Shown here piece after piece: positions 1-8,463 of a stretch of 25,248 bases of DNA. The DNA is taken from IMG/VR virus record IMGVR_UViG_3300037755_000394, positions 1-25,248 of that record. One strand, written 5' to 3'. The first letter of the stretch is position 1, and the number at the start of each line of letters is the position of its first letter. Source of the stretch: a virus. Lineage: Duplodnaviria; Caudoviricetes. The position numbers and the translations under genes are program-made. The notes below the pieces were generated by a model, which saw nothing but the letters and a program-made list of their open reading frames with translations, did no database searches and was not told the origin of the DNA.

Positions 1-2
1 AA

Positions 3-125
3 AATAGAAAACCAAATCGCCGCGCACGTCGGGAAAAGCGTGTCTTTCTCGGTGTCGAATCGGACGAGGGGAAAATCGGCTGGCGTGATCGGCTGCGGGA
101 TTATTTTCGGAGGAAAACAGGATGA
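3..125 (+). CDS. 5'-truncated small basic protein (C-terminal end: NRKPNRRARREKRVFLGVESDEGKIGWRDRLRDYFRRKTG)
   Basis: Frame 3 is open from the window edge to TGA 123-125, which forms an ATGA overlap with the start at 122. Frame 1 is also open to 186, so the frame choice is not certain. Confidence 0.45.
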   Translation, partial: NRKPNRRARREKRVFLGVESDEGKIGWRDRLRDYFRRKTG

Positions 126-904
126 TACACTTTTTACGATACAACTACGCACGACTGAGAACCTGGTTGATGCGCCGGCAGTATAAGAGGGCCCACAAGA
201 CTGGAAAGATGCACGCCTGGGCTACGGCGATCCTTGGAATTTCTGGCGCAGCGGCGGCGGCATGGGAGGCGGCAGAGACGGCGCCGCACCCGGAAATGGA
301 CGCCGCGCTCAATAGAATGCAGTCGATTTTATTCGAAAGGGAATCCCGCAAGCCGATTATGGTGGGCGATTCGCTTTGCGATATACCGCGGGAAGAATTC
401 TGGTCGATCAAGAGCAATAGGAATCTGTCTCTGAGCGGTCAAACTACAGGAGGCTATTGTCGCTTGATTAGGCGAGTATATGAATTTGTGCCTCCGGAAT
501 TCCATCCTTCCGCGATCGTCACGCCGTGTTTCGGAAACAACGGCTGGTTCGCGCCGCCGCCAGACCGTCTGGAAGACGAAATAATTTTGGCACTGAGCAT
601 GACCAGGCGCCTGTTCCCAGACGCAAGAATAATTATACCGGAATTCCCGCCGAGCTATTCCCCGGCCCTACAGGTTCTGCGGCCGATCATGGCGGCGATA
701 GTGCGCGAATGGATGCAGCGCGATGAGAATGCGGTTGTAATCAGCTTTGAAAAATTCGGCGGCTGGAATCCGTCGGTGTGCTTGTCCTCGGACGGCGTCC
801 ACTTCACTCCCGAGGGTGTGCGCCGATTTGACGCGGCGATCGTCAAAGCCATTAAAGGGTATCCGTCTTCTATTGTGACGACGTATAGAGTAATATATGC
901 CTGA
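122..904 (+). CDS. SGNH/GDSL-family hydrolase (esterase)
   Basis: Block I VGDSL, block II SLSGQT, block III FGNN, block V SDGVHF. RBS GGAGG lies upstream. Confidence 0.8.
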   Translation: MIHFLRYNYARLRTWLMRRQYKRAHKTGKMHAWATAILGISGAAAAAWEAAETAPHPEMDAALNRMQSILFERESRKPIMVGDSLCDIPREEFWSIKSNRNLSLSGQTTGGYCRLIRRVYEFVPPEFHPSAIVTPCFGNNGWFAPPPDRLEDEIILALSMTRRLFPDARIIIPEFPPSYSPALQVLRPIMAAIVREWMQRDENAVVISFEKFGGWNPSVCLSSDGVHFTPEGVRRFDAAIVKAIKGYPSSIVTTYRVIYA

Positions 905-1097
905 AGAAAAACGAAAACCACTTCGAACGGGTTCGATCTACACGGCCAGCGGTTCGGTATTTTGCGGGGAAGAAGTGAAGCTTGACCTGAGAAAGCCGGC
1001 GCCGGTCTCTGATTTTGACCGGATATTTGCGGCTGGCGCTCGGACGCGGCGATCGGCTCAGGCAAGTTCTGGGTTGAGCGTCCGGCAGAAGGAGTGA
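897..1097 (+). CDS. hypothetical protein (66 aa)
   Basis: Overlaps the previous stop by 8 nt and ends 3 nt before the next ATG, consistent with operon packing. Confidence 0.5.
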   Translation: MPEEKRKPLRTGSIYTASGSVFCGEEVKLDLRKPAPVSDFDRIFAAGARTRRSAQASSGLSVRQKE

Positions 1098-1100
1098 ATA

Positions 1101-1307
1101 ATGAATATCGTAAGAAGAATTATCAAGAGATTAATGGGTGAAAGAAACATCGGTCTGGTTCGAGTGTCGATTAAAAATCCGGACGGCTCGATCATGCATC
1201 TCTGTACAATGGACGAATGCTGGCTGAGAACAGTCGAGCCAAAAGGTAGACATAATGAGCGAAAAATCAATGAACGAGATAGTGATGGAGCGCGTCATCA
1301 AGGGTGA
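1101..1307 (+). CDS. hypothetical protein (68 aa)
   Basis: Strong RBS AAGGAG just upstream of ATG 1101. Confidence 0.55.
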   Translation: MNIVRRIIKRLMGERNIGLVRVSIKNPDGSIMHLCTMDECWLRTVEPKGRHNERKINERDSDGARHQG

Positions 1308-1443
1308 GATGATGCTGTTTTTAATCGGCCAGTTCCTGCACAAGCGCGGGCTCCGCGGCGAGTTCGACGAGTTCATGGCCGAAAATACGCTTGACTGGAT
1401 GCCGAAACAGAACCAAAACGAATCAGATGGCGGAAAAAGGTAA
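1255..1443 (+). CDS. hypothetical protein (62 aa)
   Basis: RBS-like AAAGGT upstream; overlaps the terS start. Confidence 0.5.
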   Translation: MSEKSMNEIVMERVIKGEMMLFLIGQFLHKRGLRGEFDEFMAENTLDWMPKQNQNESDGGKR

Positions 1444-1912
1444 ACATGCGGGCGGGCGCCCCTCGAAATACAAGCCTGAGTTCGTCCACCAAGCATACGA
1501 GATAGGGAAGCTCGGGGCCACGGACGAACAAATCGCATCAATTTTTCAGGTTGCAATAGCGACTATCAGCAACTGGAAAACGGACTACCCCGAGTTTTTA
1601 GAAGCCCTAAAACGCGGCAAGCGACACGCGGACGAGGCGGTAATAAAGTCTCTTTACGAACGGGCAAACGGCTACACCTGCAAAGAGACAAAAGTCCTTG
1701 TCGTGAAAGGCGAAGTGGTCCAGGTCGAGATCGAAAAGCACCATCCGCCGGACGTGACAGCCTGCATTTTCTGGCTGAAAAACAGGGACCAGGCGAACTG
1801 GAGAGACAGGACTGAGGTCACGGGGGAAGGCGGTGCTCCGGTCGGGCTGATAATCAAACGGTATACCGAACCGGCGGGTGAAATTGACGGCCCTCGAAAT
1901 ACGGACAAATAG
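1427..1912 (+). CDS. terS: terminase small subunit
   Basis: GGRPSKYKPE N-terminus, HTH-like GATDEQIASIFQVAIATISNWK, and PPDVTACIFWLKNR motif; lies directly before terL. ATG 1427 preferred over TTG 1391. Confidence 0.85.
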   Translation: MAEKGKHAGGRPSKYKPEFVHQAYEIGKLGATDEQIASIFQVAIATISNWKTDYPEFLEALKRGKRHADEAVIKSLYERANGYTCKETKVLVVKGEVVQVEIEKHHPPDVTACIFWLKNRDQANWRDRTEVTGEGGAPVGLIIKRYTEPAGEIDGPRNTDK

Positions 1913-3212
1913 TAAGCCTCAGGACGATTTTGTATTCAGCGAGGCGTTTGAGACACTTTTCGGCGGCCGGGCCGGCGGCGGCAAAACTCACGCGATGGCG
2001 ATCGCGCTGATACTGGGGGTCGATCACGCAGACTATTCCGCACTTGTGCTGCGGCGAACATTCCCGGAATTGGTCGGTAAGGGGGGCATTATCGGGATTC
2101 AACGCGAATTTTATCCGGCGCTGGGCGGCGTATTCAACCGGCAGGAAAAATCCTGGTCGTTCCCTTCGCGGGCTGAGATTAAATGCGGGCACATGAAAAA
2201 TGCCGATAGCCATTACAACTACCAGGGCAAAGAGTATCACGTAATCGGTTTTGACGAGCTGTCGCACTTCCTGCCTGAGCAGTATCAGTACATGTTCTCT
2301 CGCGTTCGGCGAAAGTCGGACAGCGCATTCCCGACCAGAATTCTGGCTACCGCAAACCCGGGCGCGCTGTGGGTTTACGAGCGCTGGCGTCCGTGGCTGG
2401 ACACGAAGCATCCCAACCCGGCAGCGCCCGGCGAAATACGTTACGTCCGGCTCGAAGGCGAGGAAGAGAAATACGTCGAATACGACCCGGACGACAAATT
2501 GCAATGGAGCCGGACTTTTATCCCGGCGTCGTACAAAGACAACCCTGATCTAAATCAAGACGAATACGAGCGGACCCTGGACGCGCTCCCGTATATTGAG
2601 CGCCAGCGGCTAAAGTACGGCGATTGGGGGATCACGCCGGGGTCTGGAAAAATCCTGAATCGTGAGTGGTTCGGAGTGGTCGACAAAGTGCCGGATGGTC
2701 TCGGGGTGTATCGGTACTGGGACTTTGCAGCGTCGGAGAAAAAAACAAGGGGCGACGACCCGGACTATACTGCAACATGCTATCTTGCGACCGACGGGCA
2801 GAAATACTACCTGCGAATAGACCGGAAGCGCGTGACCTGGCAGACGCTAAAGATGTGGTTTTCGGCCTGCGTCCAGCAGGAATCGTGGTGTGTCCACGGC
2901 TGGGAGCAGGAGGGCGGCGCGAGCGGGAAAATACTGTCAGCGGAATTGCAGGAGATCGCGGCCCGGTACGGCGTCGGCGGTCACGGCGTCCCGGCATCCG
3001 GCCAGGGCGACAAGGCGCAGCGGGCGCAGCGCTGGTCCTCTTTCGCCGAACAGGGCAGAGTTTATTTGCTGACCGGCGGAGAACCGATTGACAATATTCT
3101 GCACGAATTCCATTCTTTTCCGGATGGGAGTCACGACGACATGGTCGACGCGGTGAGCGGTGCATTTTTACTTGCGTCAATCGGTTCGGGTGCGGCTGTC
3201 GGGAGGTATTGA
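1878..3212 (+). CDS. terL: terminase large subunit
   Basis: Walker A GGRAGGGKT, Walker B IGFDE, coupling motif ATANP, nuclease motifs YWDFA, DPDYTA and HDDMVDA. Confidence 0.95.
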   Translation: MKLTALEIRTNSKPQDDFVFSEAFETLFGGRAGGGKTHAMAIALILGVDHADYSALVLRRTFPELVGKGGIIGIQREFYPALGGVFNRQEKSWSFPSRAEIKCGHMKNADSHYNYQGKEYHVIGFDELSHFLPEQYQYMFSRVRRKSDSAFPTRILATANPGALWVYERWRPWLDTKHPNPAAPGEIRYVRLEGEEEKYVEYDPDDKLQWSRTFIPASYKDNPDLNQDEYERTLDALPYIERQRLKYGDWGITPGSGKILNREWFGVVDKVPDGLGVYRYWDFAASEKKTRGDDPDYTATCYLATDGQKYYLRIDRKRVTWQTLKMWFSACVQQESWCVHGWEQEGGASGKILSAELQEIAARYGVGGHGVPASGQGDKAQRAQRWSSFAEQGRVYLLTGGEPIDNILHEFHSFPDGSHDDMVDAVSGAFLLASIGSGAAVGRY

Positions 3213-3213
3213 G

Positions 3214-3507
3214 ATGGTTATTTTAATTGCATTCGGGATTGCGGCGCTAATCGTTGTGTACGTATTCTATAAGCTATACGTCTGGCCTGTTATTTTGCGC
3301 GATAGATGGGAGGGATCGCAAATTCAGCAGGATTTGTGCTCGCAGAATGTTTTCGATATAGTTCGCCCGGACGGAGTTCGATATTTCGGATTCGAAGATT
3401 CCTGGTTGCGCGCGGACGGACGGCCAGTGACTGGCGTAGATATTAGATTCTGCAATGCGATTCTGGACGGGTATCGGATGCGTGAGAATTTGAAAACTGG
3501 CATTTAG
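3214..3507 (+). CDS. small protein with N-terminal transmembrane helix (97 aa)
   Basis: RBS GGAGG at 3202 and ATG 3214; hydrophobic MVILIAFGIAALIVVYVFYKLYVW. Confidence 0.65.
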   Translation: MVILIAFGIAALIVVYVFYKLYVWPVILRDRWEGSQIQQDLCSQNVFDIVRPDGVRYFGFEDSWLRADGRPVTGVDIRFCNAILDGYRMRENLKTGI

Positions 3508-3712
3508 TTGTTTTGGATTTGTCGCGCTGACGGTGGCGTTGCTGATTGTTCGGGAGGTGTTTCTGAATAAAATCCGCTGGGATTTAGACCAGACTCTTTC
3601 TTTCATCGCTTTCATGTCTGGCATGTCAGCGCTTTGTGTTTTCCCGTTTCTGCTTGTTTGCGTATATCCTGGAACTCAGGAACGCAACCGATACGATCCT
3701 GGCGGTTCTTAA
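3497..3712 (+). CDS. possible two-TM membrane protein without a canonical start (or a pseudogene)
   Basis: Open frame 3494-3712 (LAFSCFGFVALTVALLIVREVF...FIAFMSGMSALCVFPFLLVCVYPG...) fills the gap before the portal. The only early starts are CTG 3497 and GTG 3533. Confidence 0.35.
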   Translation: MAFSCFGFVALTVALLIVREVFLNKIRWDLDQTLSFIAFMSGMSALCVFPFLLVCVYPGTQERNRYDPGGS

Positions 3713-3746
3713 AAAAGCTTGACAATTGTTCCCGAGTCAGTCTATT
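3712..3746 (+). promoter_or_regulatory. putative promoter upstream of portal
   Basis: A-tract, perfect TTGACA (3719-3724), and TCTATT 16 nt later. Shares GCTTGACAAT-N6-CGA-N2-CAGT with the site at 6342. Confidence 0.5.
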
Positions 3747-3782
3747 GGCGCTGTGGGCTTCTATTCTCGCACAAGGGACGCG

Positions 3783-5141
3783 GTGAAAGTCGGACTTCGC
3801 GTCTTCCGCGCGCACGCTTCGCTACCGGAGGGCGCCGCGTCTCAAGTCGATCATTTGTTGCCGCCTGAACCCGAGCAGGGAAAAGACTTTGATCAGCGCC
3901 GCGGCAACGAGCTGTACACGACGTACGAGACCCAGGTCAATGCGATTTACAATCTATACGAGAACCGGTCGCAGTTCGGGTGCGGCGAGACGCGGATGGT
4001 TATCGACTGGAGGGCCACCCAGATCGCAGGAAACGGCGTCAACTTTTCCAGCGAAGACCCGGCTACGAACGAATTTCTGACGCGATGGTCGCGAGAAAAC
4101 AAGCTGACCGGGCTTCGGGCATGGGAATTCGCCCGCACCGGCGAGATGGAAGGCAAATCGCTCCTTTACAACGAAAAGCGCACCGTACGGGGAAAGAAAA
4201 AAATCTTAGTCAAGCATCTCCCGTGGTACCGGTGGCAATACAGGGTTTACGGTAGCGATGACGACGGCGAGGAAATAGACCGCATCGAATTTCAGGACGC
4301 GAAAAAGCAGCTCGTTAAATTGACGGAAGGACAATTCGTTTATGCGCGGCTCGGCGGCGTTTCTTCTAATCGTGACGGATACGTATTGAATAATACTACG
4401 CCGCCCGTCGCGTATTCTCTGTATCACCTGGTAAATCTCGGGCGATGCCTTGCGGATCTCCGGGATAATAACCACCTTTTCTATAAGCCGGCACTGGCCC
4501 TGGAAGCAAAGGACTCATTAAGCGCGCAGTCATTGCGGTCGCTCCTGTTTGGACGAAAAACAAAGGGAGATCTGGCTGCCGAATTGCAGGTGAATGACCG
4601 GACGTTTTATATTGTCGACGGGAAGATGTATTTTGTCGAGCCGTCCGGCGCCTGTGTAGAATCGTCGATAAAAGAAGCCACAATACTCACGCAAAAAGTT
4701 TCATCCGACCAGGGAATTCCGGTGCATTTCCTCGGTATGCCGAATCTAATGTCGAACCGCGCGACGGCGGACGATCTGCACGAGATGGTCAACGGTACTA
4801 CGATGCGCCAGCGCGAGGCGTGGAAAGACGCGTACACCGAACTGGCAAGGCAGGCTTGCGAACTGGACGGCGGAAATTACGATCTGGATTCTATCACCGT
4901 TACGATGCCGGTCGTGATGCTTTCCGATATTGATCGAATCGTCCGCGTCTGGTTGCCGCTCTATCAAGAGGGGTTGATCGACAAGCGGTCCATGATCGAA
5001 AAAATCCCTGGCGTGGACCCTGAAATAATTCTCGAAAGGCTCGAAGAGCAGTCGCAAGAGAGGCAGCGCCAGAGCCAGGAAATGGCCGGCTCGATCCTCG
5101 ACGAGATGAACAATCGCCGCCAGGCGGAGGAAGCGGCATGA
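3783..5141 (+). CDS. portal protein
   Basis: Position after terL and size about 450 aa; GIPVHFLG..SNRATA motif; C-terminal ..EIILERLEEQ. GTG 3783 after AAGGGA preferred over TTG 3726, which lies inside the promoter motif. Confidence 0.8.
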   Translation: MKVGLRVFRAHASLPEGAASQVDHLLPPEPEQGKDFDQRRGNELYTTYETQVNAIYNLYENRSQFGCGETRMVIDWRATQIAGNGVNFSSEDPATNEFLTRWSRENKLTGLRAWEFARTGEMEGKSLLYNEKRTVRGKKKILVKHLPWYRWQYRVYGSDDDGEEIDRIEFQDAKKQLVKLTEGQFVYARLGGVSSNRDGYVLNNTTPPVAYSLYHLVNLGRCLADLRDNNHLFYKPALALEAKDSLSAQSLRSLLFGRKTKGDLAAELQVNDRTFYIVDGKMYFVEPSGACVESSIKEATILTQKVSSDQGIPVHFLGMPNLMSNRATADDLHEMVNGTTMRQREAWKDAYTELARQACELDGGNYDLDSITVTMPVVMLSDIDRIVRVWLPLYQEGLIDKRSMIEKIPGVDPEIILERLEEQSQERQRQSQEMAGSILDEMNNRRQAEEAA

Positions 5142-6343
5142 GGCTAATTCTACACTGCGAAAAACGCCTATCTCTGAGCAAGGATGAAATCCTGTCTCTG
5201 ATGGACGACACGACGCTTGCCGCAATCAAGGCGGTGGACGCGGCGCCAGTATTTCAGGCGTACGTGGCAATGGCCGAGGGCGAAGCGAATCCCACAGTTT
5301 TTGACGATCAATCCGCAAAGGCCGGTATTCTGGAAATCACTCGCGGGGCCGTGGCAACGTTCGTTGATTCGGTTCGTTCGAAAATCGGTGAAATTAAAGA
5401 TTCATTACGACTATGGGTGAACCACTCCGACGCGCGCAATGCAGCCGAAGCCAATCAGCAACGGCCCGCAATCGCATATGTTGCCGGGGCCCGGACTATG
5501 ACGATCGGCCAGAAGCTATACGGCGTAATTGCGGCATATTTCCCGCCAGAGTCTCGCGCGCACGCGGGCCAGTACGATTCAGTATCCGCAGAATTTAATT
5601 TTGAGTCGGACGAGAACAAGACCGGGCGCCATCTCGTCGATAAAATAGTCAGTGTTTTCGGAATCGCGCTTTTGCCGAAAGGCGCCCGGCCCGCGGTATC
5701 GGAAGCGAAATCGCTCGGCGTAGCTTACGCACAATATACCCCTGAGAGGGGAGGAAGGATTATGGACTTAACGGCAGTGAATTTTGAGGATCTTGTTTCC
5801 GAAATGCGGAGACGGCATACGCAATTCAAGCAAATATATCTACCGGACCAACTGATCGGGAAGCGCCATCGTCATAATGACGGCACGATTCAATGGATCG
5901 GCGGCGACTCAGAAGTCAATGGGATCGTCAACAAGGTGATAGAGGATACTCTCGCTAAAGAGCGCGAGGAAATTGAGGCTCCCTGGAAAGAAAAGATCAA
6001 GGCTCTCGAAGAGAAAGAAAAGGAAATCGCCGATCTGAAAGCAGAGTCGCTGCGATTCAAGGCCGTTCCTTCGCTACAGGCTAAGGTCAAGGAACTAAAG
6101 CTCGACGCAGTGCTGGCGGGCCGCATAGACCGCCGGGCTGCGCAGTTTACGCCTGGCGAAGACCTTGACAAATCGATTCAGGAATTTATCGACCGCGAGA
6201 AAGCAGAGTACGAGGCCGATCTGGCGTTGATGCCGGAAGACAAACGTCCAACGCCGAACCTCGGCGGAACGGATACTGGTCGAAGCGCCGACTCGAATGC
6301 GCCAGAAAACTGGATCCCAGACTATCCGGAAGAATTCAAATAA
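5138..6343 (+). CDS. prohead protease-scaffold fusion (putative)
   Basis: Lies between portal and capsid genes. N-terminal domain has His (WVNHS) and Ser (DSVSAEF) motifs; C-terminal domain is charged coiled-coil ending in a Pro/Gly-rich tail. Confidence 0.65.
   Translation: MRLILHCEKRLSLSKDEILSLMDDTTLAAIKAVDAAPVFQAYVAMAEGEANPTVFDDQSAKAGILEITRGAVATFVDSVRSKIGEIKDSLRLWVNHSDARNAAEANQQRPAIAYVAGARTMTIGQKLYGVIAAYFPPESRAHAGQYDSVSAEFNFESDENKTGRHLVDKIVSVFGIALLPKGARPAVSEAKSLGVAYAQYTPERGGRIMDLTAVNFEDLVSEMRRRHTQFKQIYLPDQLIGKRHRHNDGTIQWIGGDSEVNGIVNKVIEDTLAKEREEIEAPWKEKIKALEEKEKEIADLKAESLRFKAVPSLQAKVKELKLDAVLAGRIDRRAAQFTPGEDLDKSIQEFIDREKAEYEADLALMPEDKRPTPNLGGTDTGRSADSNAPENWIPDYPEEFK
5762..6343 (+). CDS. 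nested in-frame scaffolding protein (internal start)
   Basis: In-frame ATG 5762 is preceded by the purine run GAGAGGGGAGGAAGGAT, at the boundary before the coiled-coil region. Confidence 0.5.
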   Translation: MDLTAVNFEDLVSEMRRRHTQFKQIYLPDQLIGKRHRHNDGTIQWIGGDSEVNGIVNKVIEDTLAKEREEIEAPWKEKIKALEEKEKEIADLKAESLRFKAVPSLQAKVKELKLDAVLAGRIDRRAAQFTPGEDLDKSIQEFIDREKAEYEADLALMPEDKRPTPNLGGTDTGRSADSNAPENWIPDYPEEFK

Positions 6344-6378
6344 AAGGCTTGACAATGAGCGACGACACAGTACATATT
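6342..6378 (+). promoter_or_regulatory. putative promoter for the decoration/capsid cluster
   Basis: AAAAGGC, TTGACA (6349-6354), and TACATATT at 6371-6378. Confidence 0.55.
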
Positions 6379-6384
6379 CACAAC

Positions 6385-6564
6385 AACAGCTTGAGCAAGC
6401 ACAGGCTTCCGCGAGACGGAGATGTCAAGCGCGAAGAGCCCGAAACTCAGGCACCATTCGACGCATCCTCAATCGAGGACGAGGCCGGAGAGGCGAAGAA
6501 GCGCGGAGAGCGCGCCCCCTGATAAAACTCAGGAGGGCGAATCCAATTCTGGAGGCTCTCCACA
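6385..6564 (+). ncRNA. structured 5' leader (multi-hairpin cis-regulatory RNA candidate)
   Basis: Hairpins: TTCCG-CGAGA-CGGAG within GCTTGA/TCAAGC; TCCTC-AATC-GAGGA; GCC-GGAGA-GGC; GCGC-GGAGA-GCGC; CGCCCCCTGA-TAAAAC-TCAGGAGGGCG; TGGAG-GCT-CTCCA over the SD. Confidence 0.6.
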
Positions 6565-6957
6565 ATGTCAATTTTTCTCCGCGACACAACGGAGATTATC
6601 TACTCAACGATAATCGACACTCCGTCTGGCGGTATCACAAAAGGCGATTTCGTACAGGTCGGCTCAGGCTCGGTCTACGGATTCGCGTTTTCCACCGCAA
6701 CACTCGATCCAACGGACCGCGACAATTACGCCGAACAGGTGACGATCGTCACCAAAGCGCGTCAGGTACGTATCACCAAAGACACAGGCACAGGCGAACC
6801 GGAGTTTGCCCAGGGCGAGACGGTCTATATTGACCCCGCGACCGACAAGGCAGAAAAATCCGGCGGCAGCAATATCAAAGTCGGGTTCGCCCTGACTGCC
6901 GCAACAACGGCGGACGACGGAGTCACTTCTGACTTCGATGGCCGGCTGGGTCTGTAA
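6565..6957 (+). CDS. capsid decoration/cement protein (DUF2190-like)
   Basis: 130 aa directly before the major capsid gene; ITKGDFVQVG, FAQGETVYID and VGFALTAA pattern; RBS GGAGG. Confidence 0.65.
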   Translation: MSIFLRDTTEIIYSTIIDTPSGGITKGDFVQVGSGSVYGFAFSTATLDPTDRDNYAEQVTIVTKARQVRITKDTGTGEPEFAQGETVYIDPATDKAEKSGGSNIKVGFALTAATTADDGVTSDFDGRLGL

Positions 6958-6969
6958 GGAGGTCCAAAA

Positions 6970-8052
6970 GTGAACGAAAATACAATCGTAAAAAAAGCGC
7001 ACATGAGCGCGTTCTTTGACCTTTTGCAGTCCGGAATTGATCCGAAACGCGGCGAAGGCGAAAAGACCGAGATCAGCAAAAAAGTCTCTGGGATCATGAC
7101 CGCCTTCCTGCGGCGTCCCGAGTCGGAGCTCAAGCAGGCGAACGAAAAAATATCAACGCTCGTCGCGCACGCTTCTACGGCGAAAGGCGATATTCCGAAT
7201 ATCCTGACCGACATGGCCCAGGTTTTCCGGATCGTCAGAAACTTCGACACTGCCTGGGAACAGGCGTACACCGAAGCTCTGGTCGATCAAGGCAAGGATT
7301 ACTGGGAAATCGCCGACATGACGAACGGCATCCAGTTCCGGAAAATTCCGGAAGCCGGTCGCTTGCTCGTCGAGGGTATTTCCGGTTCTCTGGCCCTGGC
7401 CCGGGTCGAGAAATTCGGCGCCGCGCTCGGGTGGACTGACGAAGCAATCCGGTTCCGGCGTATCAATATCTTGCAACAACAGGCTCAGGCCGCGCAGGAT
7501 TCGTACGCGCAGGACCGGGCAGATCGTCACTACCTGCTGCTTGCTGGCGCAATCCTCGGCGGCGGTGTGAACACCACGACTTACCAGGCGGCCGGATCGC
7601 CGGCACTGAGCGAGCGGGAGCGCGACGTCAAGACGATCAACAGCGCTGCGTTCGCCCTGGCGAATCGATTGAAAGATCAGCACGTCGGGAACCCGCTGGG
7701 TCAGGAGATGATCCTCTACGCGAACCCGATTTTATGGGATCGGATTATCGCGGCTCTGCGTCAGACTTCGCAGGACGTACCGGGCGCGCCGAATCGGGTG
7801 CTGTACAACATCAGGTATATCCCGACGTTCAACAGCTATCTGAATTCGACGACGGGCGAATCGACCAATACGACGGCGCTCCTCGTACTACCTGGCTTCA
7901 AAAACCAGAAGGCAACCGTCATGGAGCCGACGTCGTATTTCCGCTTCGATCACCTGACGCTCGGGTTCACCGAGGCGATCTGGAGTTACTACGGAGCAAT
8001 CGCAGAGGCGAGCGCGGCGCAAACTCAGGTGCAGGCCGTCGAATTCGCGTAA
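6970..8052 (+). CDS. major capsid protein (HK97 fold inferred)
   Basis: 360 aa; very strong RBS TAAGGAGGT; E-loop-like FRKIPEAG followed by VEKFGAALGWTDEAI; synteny. Confidence 0.8.
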   Translation: MNENTIVKKAHMSAFFDLLQSGIDPKRGEGEKTEISKKVSGIMTAFLRRPESELKQANEKISTLVAHASTAKGDIPNILTDMAQVFRIVRNFDTAWEQAYTEALVDQGKDYWEIADMTNGIQFRKIPEAGRLLVEGISGSLALARVEKFGAALGWTDEAIRFRRINILQQQAQAAQDSYAQDRADRHYLLLAGAILGGGVNTTTYQAAGSPALSERERDVKTINSAAFALANRLKDQHVGNPLGQEMILYANPILWDRIIAALRQTSQDVPGAPNRVLYNIRYIPTFNSYLNSTTGESTNTTALLVLPGFKNQKATVMEPTSYFRFDHLTLGFTEAIWSYYGAIAEASAAQTQVQAVEFA

Positions 8053-8055
8053 CAA

Positions 8056-8463
8056 ATGTGGGCAACACTGACAGAGGCGGCCAGTTACCTCGGCGAAACA
8101 ATCGGCGGCGAAGCGTGGGCTTCGCTGACTTCCGATCAGCAGTCGAGGTATCTGACAACCGCCTTTCGTCAGTTGTCAAATGACCCGAATTATTGCTTTC
8201 CGGATGATACGGAAACGTACATGGCCAGCGCCAATATCGAACTGGCGTTCTGGCTGGCTTCGAATCCGGACGCGCAAAAAGCGGTCGATCTTGCAAATTC
8301 CGGTGTCGAGTCGTTTCGGATCGGCCAATTTGCGATGGCATTCCGCGGCGATGATCAAATTTCCGTCGGGCGGGCATCGTACCCGGCAGTGGTGATCAAT
8401 CTGCTTGATCGTTACCGCTGCGATATACCGGCGGCGGCGAAATTTATCAGAACCAATGGCTGA
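8056..8463 (+). CDS. head-tail adaptor/connector
   Basis: WATLTEAASY..AWASLT..YLTTAFRQL..ANIELAFWL..GVESFRIG pattern, directly after the capsid gene. Confidence 0.7.
   Translation: MWATLTEAASYLGETIGGEAWASLTSDQQSRYLTTAFRQLSNDPNYCFPDDTETYMASANIELAFWLASNPDAQKAVDLANSGVESFRIGQFAMAFRGDDQISVGRASYPAVVINLLDRYRCDIPAAAKFIRTNG

Noticed and set aside
6484-6514. GGA loops as canonical CsrA/RsmA sites
   Set aside because: They lack the A of ANGGA (contexts are CCGGA, GCGGA and CTGGA). Kept only as an alternative hypothesis.
6297-6833. 178-aa arginine-rich ORF across the capsid leader
   Set aside because: It overlaps two better-supported genes out of frame, crosses the promoter motif and hairpins, and has no clear RBS. 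The Arg content is expected from a GC/purine-rich off-frame.
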